In this document: positions 12,301-21,300 of the stretch, piece after piece
Layout of the letters: each line of letters starts with the position of its first letter
Position numbering within the stretch: position 1 is the stretch's first letter
Assembly (NCBI GenBank): GCA_964016885.1
Contig: OZ024744.1
Coordinates: forward strand, 102,486,001-102,550,000
Length of the DNA stretch: 64,000 nucleotides
Reading direction: 5' to 3'
DNA from: Eledone cirrhosa
Lineage: Eukaryota
Notes under the pieces: generated by a model
The model's input: only the letters and a program-made list of their open reading frames with translations
Told to the model about the DNA's origin: nothing
Databases searched by the model: none
Position numbers and translations under genes: made by a program

Positions 12301-15300
12301 CCCTAACCTACCATTCCTCCACTACCACCACTACCCTAACCAACCATTCCTCCACTACCACCACTACCCTAACCTACCATTCCTCCACTCCCATCACTAC
12401 CCTAACCTACCATTCCTCCACTACCTCCACTACCCTAACCTACCATTCCTCCACTACCATCACTACCTTAACCTACCATTCCTCCACTCCCATCACTACC
12501 CTAACCAACCATTCCTCCACTACCACCACTACCCTAACCTACCATTCCTCCACTACCACCACTACCCTAACCTACCATTCCTCCACTACCACCACTACCT
12601 TAACCTACCATTCCTCCACTCCCATCACCACCCTAACCTACCATTCCTCCACTCCCATCACTACCCTAACCTACCATTCCTCCACTACCATCACTACCCT
12701 AACCTACCATTCCTCCACTACCACCACTACCCTAACCTACCATTCCTCCACTCCCATCACTACCCTAACCTACCATTCCTCTACCACCACCACTACCCTA
12801 ACCTACCATTCCTCTACCACCACCACTACCCTAACCTACCATTCCTCTACCACCACCACTACCCTAACCTACCATTCCTCCACTACCACCACTACCCTAA
12901 CCTACCATTCCTCCACTACCACCACTACCCTAACCTACCATTCCTCCACTACCACCACTACCCTAACCTACCATTCCTCCACCACCACCACTACCCTACC
13001 CTACCATTCCTCCACTCCCATCACTACCCTAACCTACCATTCCTCCACTCCCATCACTACCCTAACCTACCATTCCTCCACTCCCATCACCACCCTAACC
13101 TACCATTCCTCCACTACCACCACTACCCTAACCTACCATTCCTCCACTCCCACCACTACCCTAACCAACCATTCCTCCACTCCCATCACCAATCTAACCA
13201 ACCATTCCTCCACTCCCAATTCTCTCAATGTCATTACTTCACATGAAACCATATTGCAATGTTTCTCTGAATCAACAGACCCCCCCCCCCCCCCCAATAA
13301 ATTCTTCCTCTTGTTCCTGCATTGCTTTCTGTTGCCATTACATTCAACAATCTCTCCATATACTCCTTTCACTCTTCCATAATTCCATTTGAACTTATAA
13401 CAATTTCTCTCACTTCATCCTCCAAGCAGTTCCCTCATGTCACATCACATCTCTCTCTTGTTAATCACCTTACAATTGTAAACTCCTTTCTCTGATCCTG
13501 CTCACAATTTATTCATTCTCTAAACATTCTTCTATGTACCTCTTGGCTGCCTTATAACTCTGATGAGCTTCCTGCTACCATATCCCTTGCTCCCTGCCAT
13601 TCTCTGAAACTTCCTTTTTTCTCATCAATCCTCTTTCCAACTTCATCATCCCACCATCACGCTTCCAGGTGTCTTGTGGTCTTTTTGTCCACCCAAACAC
13701 ATAACTAACAGCTTCTAATAAACCATCTTTCAAAAACTTCCGAGTTCATTTGTGTTATCTTCTAATATGCCCAGTTTCTCTATTAGTCTGCCTCACTGTT
13801 GCTTGCTTCAACCTCCACACCTTCAGCCTGATTGATATTTCCTCTGCTGAACTCTCCTTCCACCTTTCACCCTCAGGTCAGACAAGTAAATGGTACTTTG
13901 TAATAACCTCCTCTAAAATACAATATAGTATCATATTATGAAATGTAATATTGCATACTGCAATCTGTACCATAATGTGAAATGTAAATATCACTGTATA
14001 CTATAACCTGTATAATACTATGAAATGTAAATATGATATTTAGTTGCTATCTGTGCTATATTATGAAACAAAATGTTATTGAATGTAAGGATATGTGAAG
14101 GCTGAAAATAAATGAGGTCAGCATGCTCTACAGGATGTACAGTGTTAGTGTGGTTAAACAATGGTGCACAGATGAGTTGTACGAAACACTAGGTTTAAAA
14201 GGAACCAGATGTGTCTTAGAGAGAGGACTTAGCTGATACAATAATTTATTCAAGTTGCAGGAACCTATAGAAGAGGAGGACCAAGGGAGATACAACACAA
14301 AATGATGAAGGTGAGTTTCATGAGCCCGCATGCCATGAAAGAAATGACAAGACTGCAACAAAAGATTAGACATTGTGTTGGGGAAGACCCTTTCAACCCA
14401 AGCAAGCATGGAAAAAGTGAACATTAAATGATGACAACGATACTTTTCTATACGGTTCCTGAGTGTCAGAGCTCCACATTTTCTCTCTTTGAAATTCAGT
14501 CTTATGTGCAATAAACTCTAAATATATAAAATATTTCTTTCAAGCCAGTTCAATATATATGGCTATCTCATAAAACACTTTTATACAAATATATTTTCTA
14601 ATTTGAAACCTATTTTTACATGTATACATTTACTTTAATTTTGCCATCTATTTTCTATTTTCACTAGAATTCCTATTCCAGGCATTTTAGTTGTCCATCT
14701 TTCCTGTGACCAAGTCTCAATCCTATTCTAATTTCTATCCATTTTCCCTTCATTATTTGATAGAACTGTGAACCACACCAAATCAATCACATACAATAGA
14801 TATTTTAAGTCACTTCACTAGTGCTATAAGATATATAACATCTACAACGGCTATAACATATAAACATTATGAAATACAATATTAAAGTAGTTTAGGTTAT
14901 ATATCAGGGTATGATATCTTAATATATGAATGTATGAAATTATATCAAGGCTAAGAAAACTTACTTTTCCAGAGCTTTTTATTCCTTTCCATATACAAAA
15001 ATAAACCACAATCCATGCAAGTAATAAACACAAAGCCAGGTCCCATTTAATAGTTCCAGGATGTTCCACACCATCAGATATGTTCAGTACTTTCCGCCTA
15101 AAAAATATTAATTTTTGAAAGCCAAATAGACAAGTAAAAAATTTGTTTAAATTGATACTGAAATACAGAAAAGTTCCTTAATTGCCATCACCACTTTAAT
15201 ATTTTCAAGTAAAACTATTTTATGAATTGAATAAAACTCTCAATGTATGTGAATTTCTGTTTTGTCTTTATCCATATCTTTTTAAAATTTTTATTTCTTG

Positions 15301-18300
15301 CAGTGATTTTGTATGAATACATGATGAAATAAATATTTTAAATATATAAATGCTTATATCTAATAAATTCAAATATCTAATCAACACACCTGTAATTGAC
15401 TGTTCAATCCACCTGAGATTGTAATAATTAGAAAGGCTATATTAGCTCTTTTTTTTTCTAAATAAGATATCTATCCATCCATGGGCCCTTAAATTCTTGA
15501 TGGAGTCATAAGGTTACTGTAGTGATATTTAAAGCTGGTGGAGCTCAATTTTTTCAACAGTGCAAGGAAGTGAGAAGAGATATAGAGAAACTTGATTTGA
15601 TCTCAGAGTGATTATAACCAGACTGAATATCACAAAGCCTCTTATCTGATGACCTAATGATTGACTCTGCAAATTGATGCCTTAAAAATATGATATATAC
15701 AGATAAGAATTATTAGCAGATGATTGATAAAATCTCTTTTATTTTCCTATTTTATTTCATTCTAAAACATTCCTAGACTTTCACCTTTTTCACCTGCAAA
15801 AAAGTATCCCCCACTATTTAGTATATTGATATGTATAGAATATCATCTTATCTTATCTCAACAAACACAATCATGCATTCTCCTAATCTTTTTTTTCTAG
15901 TAATCTATAAGTGTAACTATAATATTTGAATGAAAGTAACATGAGGAGTGTATTTCCTTTTTATTAGTATTAACAAATATATTGTATTTCTAACTTTCTA
16001 TGCAACCCACACTAGTATTTTACTTCAATGATCTCCTTTATAAGCGTCTTTCTCTTCCAAATTAGTTCTGCTTGACTGCCACATTTATTCTATATTTATT
16101 CAATAGCAATCAACATTTATCTAACAAATATCACCATCAACAATGAAAAACATTTTACAATCACACTTCTTAAGTTTTATATTTCTTTTGTTTATAAGAT
16201 TGATGGAAAGGGGCTAGATGGTATTACCCTTTTGTCTTTGGGATGCCAGTCGGTGACTCTCTTGTTTATCTCTGCAGCCTAGATGCCGCAGAGATAAGTA
16301 AAGGCCACTGCATCAATAACTGAATGGAATATAATTCTAAAATACACTCAGGCCTCAAATAATCGCCCCTTCCACCTATTAACTTTTCAGATTTTCTCCC
16401 CACTTATTAAATTTTGCTAAACTATTTCTGGTTAAATTTTATTTTAAGTGGTAGTATTCCTGTGACAATTTTCTCTATACATTAAAAAACATTATACATA
16501 ACAAAAAATGTACATTATTAGAAATCCCATACGTTATAAAAATAGGATGGGTTGGAATCTCAATATGTAAAGTAAGCGACTAATTCTGGTTTTTTAAAAA
16601 ACCCAACAGACAACCAAGAAAAATCACCCCCCCCCCTCATTATTTGGGTTCCAAGAGTACCAGGAATTATCAACAAGATATTTTTTTTAAGCCAGTGACA
16701 TTTGAAACATTATGGGGGAGCTGTGCCACAGACAAGGTTCTTGTCATTATTGGCTGCTCACCGTACCAACTTATCAGGTAATGCTCCTGATGAGGATACT
16801 TGGTTAATCCAGTCTCTTAGCCACGTTATCACTTGCCTCAAAATTATTAGAGGGAAACTCCAGCGCTCCTTGTTGTGGTGTGTGCCTTCTATTATATTGT
16901 TTTTTCATTTTTTAAATATAAATATGTTTATTTGTATGCATAATTATGTAAAATAAATAAATAAGGACTTACTCCCAAAATTCTGTAATAGGATCCATAA
17001 CTATAGGTCTCATGTACTTTCTACTCACTGCAGAAATGGGTTGTTCAGTGTAACTAGAGGTTTCATTAAATTGCATCAGATTCATGTCATCAACACTAAA
17101 TGAACTGTTCAGTGCACTTAATGTTGCATTACGGTAGAAATCAATCTCGGTACAATTTTCTGAATTCCACTCATGGCCACAAGAAGACCAAGGAAGAACA
17201 GATGTAAATGATGAGAACAGATAATAGAAGGACCATGTCAAAATGATATTATAGTTGCAGTCGAGGAAGAACACAATCATAGAACAAGCATAGCCAATTC
17301 CTGGGAAAAAAGAAGAAAAAAGAAAAGAAAAAAAAACAATCAATTTTCAGTTAGTGAAAATAATTATCAAAATTTCAAAACTGGTTAACTCTTCCCTGAT
17401 GACTGCCACAGTTGTCACTGATTACCTCCCTGAACAACATTATGATATTTTGACACTAGTTCCCTAAGTCAAATTGTGAAAAGTGATAGTTATTTACCAT
17501 GTCTATACAAACATTGCTCTAAGTTTATAAATAATAAAGTTAAAAACATGGAATTTTCAGTGAGGTTACAAAACTAAATGTTTAAATGATATTTCAAACA
17601 GATTCATTATATTAACATTTCATTAAATTAAATAAACGGGGTCGATAAAATAAAGTACCAGTAATGCACTGGGTAATTGCTGGCCTTGTGCCTAAAGTAG
17701 AAACAATTAAATTAAATAAACAATTTAATCTATATTATAAAGCTGACGGCCGTATGTATGTAACAAACTTTTCGCCAAACGGCTGGACCAAAAAGCTCCA
17801 AATTTGCACCATAGATGTAAATTTTTCCAAGTAAGAAAGTGAGGGCATTTTTGTCTTCTAAATTTCGTTAAAATTTTAAAGATATTTTATCATTTATTTA
17901 AATATTCACTTCTTTTTCAAATGTCAACACTTCCGGTTATACAACATTCTCCTCTCTTTCTAGTCTGTCTTTTTAGATAGATACATAGCTATAACGTCGT
18001 GCCCTTATAATATGTCTAACTGTCTGCATTAGATACATAGCTATAACGTCACACGCTTATATCTGTCTGTCTTGACGAACCAAAGTATCGTCTTCCTGTT
18101 TTCTTTTGGTTGCAATGTTTTTCGAAATATTTACTTCTGCGTTCACAGATTGATTTTTTTAGTCTCAGAAGATCCCGTTAAGGGTGAAAGCAGCAATTCT
18201 TTGCTTAAACTTTAATCTGTTATTTTAATATATATATATATAATTATATATTGGTGTACAAATATTTTTGCATACACAAAAACAAAATATAAACAAACGT

Positions 18301-21300
18301 ATTTATTTCACGAAAGCACAAACGGCTTATCGTCATTGTTACTGCCGATATACCACCCAAAAAGTCCCAGCCTGGCCGCAAGATCAGATTTTCCAGAAGA
18401 AAAAATGTTACTAGAGCAACAGAGAGACTAAGCTTCGCGATTACCATCAACAAAGCTCAGGGTCAAACCCTAAAAATGGCTGGCCTTCATCTGGGAAAAC
18501 CATGCTTCTTTCATGGTCATAGTATGTAGGATGCTCTAGGGTGAGCTCGCCAAACAATCTCTTCATCTTTGCTCCAGAGCGCCAAACAAAAGATATTGTA
18601 TACTCTGAGGCTCTAACAATGTAATTTATGTATTTTCTGTTACTTGGAATTTCCATTATGGTTGTACAAATTATTGTAAATTTTGTTAAAAAATGTGTTC
18701 TGTTCAACCTTTATTGTTGTAACTATCAATTTTCTTTAACGTACTGGCTGCTGAACTGGGGAATCCTAAAAACTATTCAAACCCAACATCAGAGCACTAC
18801 CCCCCCCCCCCCACACACACACACAGACTTGCGGTATCTTTGCACTGGAGTGGAGGAGGGAATCCTGAAAAGATAAAATGCCGGTATACCTAGCCGGGCG
18901 GGCCAGCTAGAATAAAATATAAGCAAGAACATGACAAAACATTATTTTCTTTAACTCTCAACATATACTTGGAAGTTTGTAAACATCAATTGCTGAAAAT
19001 GTTTGAGATGATATGGCTTGAAACAGCTGATATAGAGGTTCACTTTGCACTGTCTCAATGTTCTGTTTGGAACAGTTTACACCCCACCCTCACCTGTCTT
19101 CAGGTTAGTGCATGGCATTCTGGACCTGAAGAACTTCTTCTAGGGACCTTTTACTCTTATAAGAAGAGTCACTGATTAGTTGGACTCCCTTCTAATGCAG
19201 TATGTTTGCATGGTCTACACCATTCATGTGCTCAGTATAATTATTTTTATTGCTCTTGGACATGGCACGTTGTGGTATTACCTGGACTTTTGCCTCCATC
19301 TGACACTTGTTAAGTCCTTCAGACTGGCATTGGTTGTCAGCAATGTTACAGTCTTCTTATAATGCCAAGCCATTGCCTTCAGGTTCCTCTTGTTTTTGAA
19401 TCAAGTCACCTTGTTTTTTCAATTTGGTTAAGGTGATAGCTTTTGGTATACCTCTTTTATGTTTATGTACTGTGCGACAAGCATAGTCTCATTTTATAGA
19501 AGTTCCTCAAACAGTTTTACAGCCAAAAAGAAATTATCACAATACAGCAGCAATCCCCATCATTATTTCAGAGAAAAGTTGTGTTATGCCACTTTGGATT
19601 GGACCCTTTTCAATTCGGCATATTTGTTGGTTTCATTTTCCACCAAATCAAATAATTCGGGATTAAATAATAGAAAAAAAATCTATTTCTTTTTTTCTCA
19701 GAGTTTAAGATATTTATCAATTTGGGATTTCCTTTGAATACAATATTAACTTCTTAGAACCTATCACTCCATTCTAAAGTCAGTTTGTCATCACCGCTGT
19801 TGCCTAGGCTCCCATGCAAATTCATCATCAATATATCTTCATTAGTTAGATTCAGACATTAAATTAATATGATAAATTCTCTTCATTTTCTAAATATATT
19901 TCATAATTTTTTTTTCTGTTACAGCTACATCAATTTCTGTAAAGCCTTTGAAAATGTAATAATCACTTTCACTATCCAATGCCAAAAAAATCCCTTCTAT
20001 AAACAACGTGGTTCAGTCTTTTACACATATTTAACTATCATCATGCTAAAATTATTCATAAAACACTCCTTGATTGGTTCAAACTAAACATAACTTCTTA
20101 ATTCAACCAATCAATGAGTATTTTACATTAGAAATGAACACACTTCAAAGCATGACTACAGTTAGTATCCAACTCTGAATGAATTTTAATGTCATGACTA
20201 TAGTCAGAATCAGGGAAGAGAAATTTATTTCACTATTTAAATGAAAATGAAGAAAGATATAAGATATGTACCTTGAAACAATGGACAGATTTTCCAAGCT
20301 CCAACACCACCTTCAGACATAAATTGTCCTAAAGATACTTCCAGGAAAAAAACTGGTACACCACCCAGTATCACAGCCAACAAGTAGGGAATAAGAAAAG
20401 CACCTACAATAAAATATAGCACATTAATCAAAAGGCAGTTTTAAAGTCAATCCTAAATGTAAAATATTAAGCTTTCTTTCTTAGAATATATCGAAGGAAT
20501 TTTTATAGAACTGAATTTCAAGAGGGCCACATGTTATAATAGTCCCAAGGTTAATATTTAACAAAAATGTTAATTAGAATTTGATATTCAATAGGTTTTT
20601 GTTTTCAATCCTAACATGAACTAATCTGTAACTTGTTCAACAATCCCAATTATGACCATCACCAACTACCAACGTCAGCGTAATTGCTGTCTACGCTCCC
20701 ACACTCAATGCGGACGAGCCGGACAAGACGCAGTTCTATGCCGATCTCCAAACAACCATGGATGGCATCGCCTCCAGTTATGTTCTCATTGTCACTGGGG
20801 ACTAGCATGCGTGGAGGGGCCGGCTGATGGTAAAACACGGCATATTCTACGGGCAGTGAGCATGGGTCAGACCATACTCTTGCTCGAGCAACCCTTCGTC
20901 TGCTGCTGCTGGCGAAACCTCCTCCCAACCGCCAGAAAAGGATCGACATCTCGCGACTCAAGCTCGATGCTAGAAATGCTTTCCGGCTAGAGCTGCGAAA
21001 CCGATACCAAATGCTGAGTAACGAAGTGGAACAGCAGCCGAAGCAGGAGTGGAACGCGCTCAGGGCGACGACAGTTGAGGTGGCCAAGGAGCATCTCGGG
21101 TCGACCCAAAGACGCCATTGGGACTGGATCTCTGGCAGCAGCACTCTTGAACTCGCGGAGAGGGCGAGAGTGGCCCGTCTCGAGGGTGCACCCAATCTTC
21201 GAGATCTCCATCATCGCACATCTGGGGCTATTCGGGCCGATTGGACTGAACCTGGCGCGAATTTGTGGAGCAGACGGTGAGGGCAGCAGCCTGTGGTGAC

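Noticed and set aside
9420-13220. Interstitial telomere or Pro/Thr-rich (extensin/mucin-like) coding repeat
   Set aside because: Only one CCCTAA per 33 bp, not tandem hexamers; no start or splice evidence; intronic and better explained as LINE-derived.
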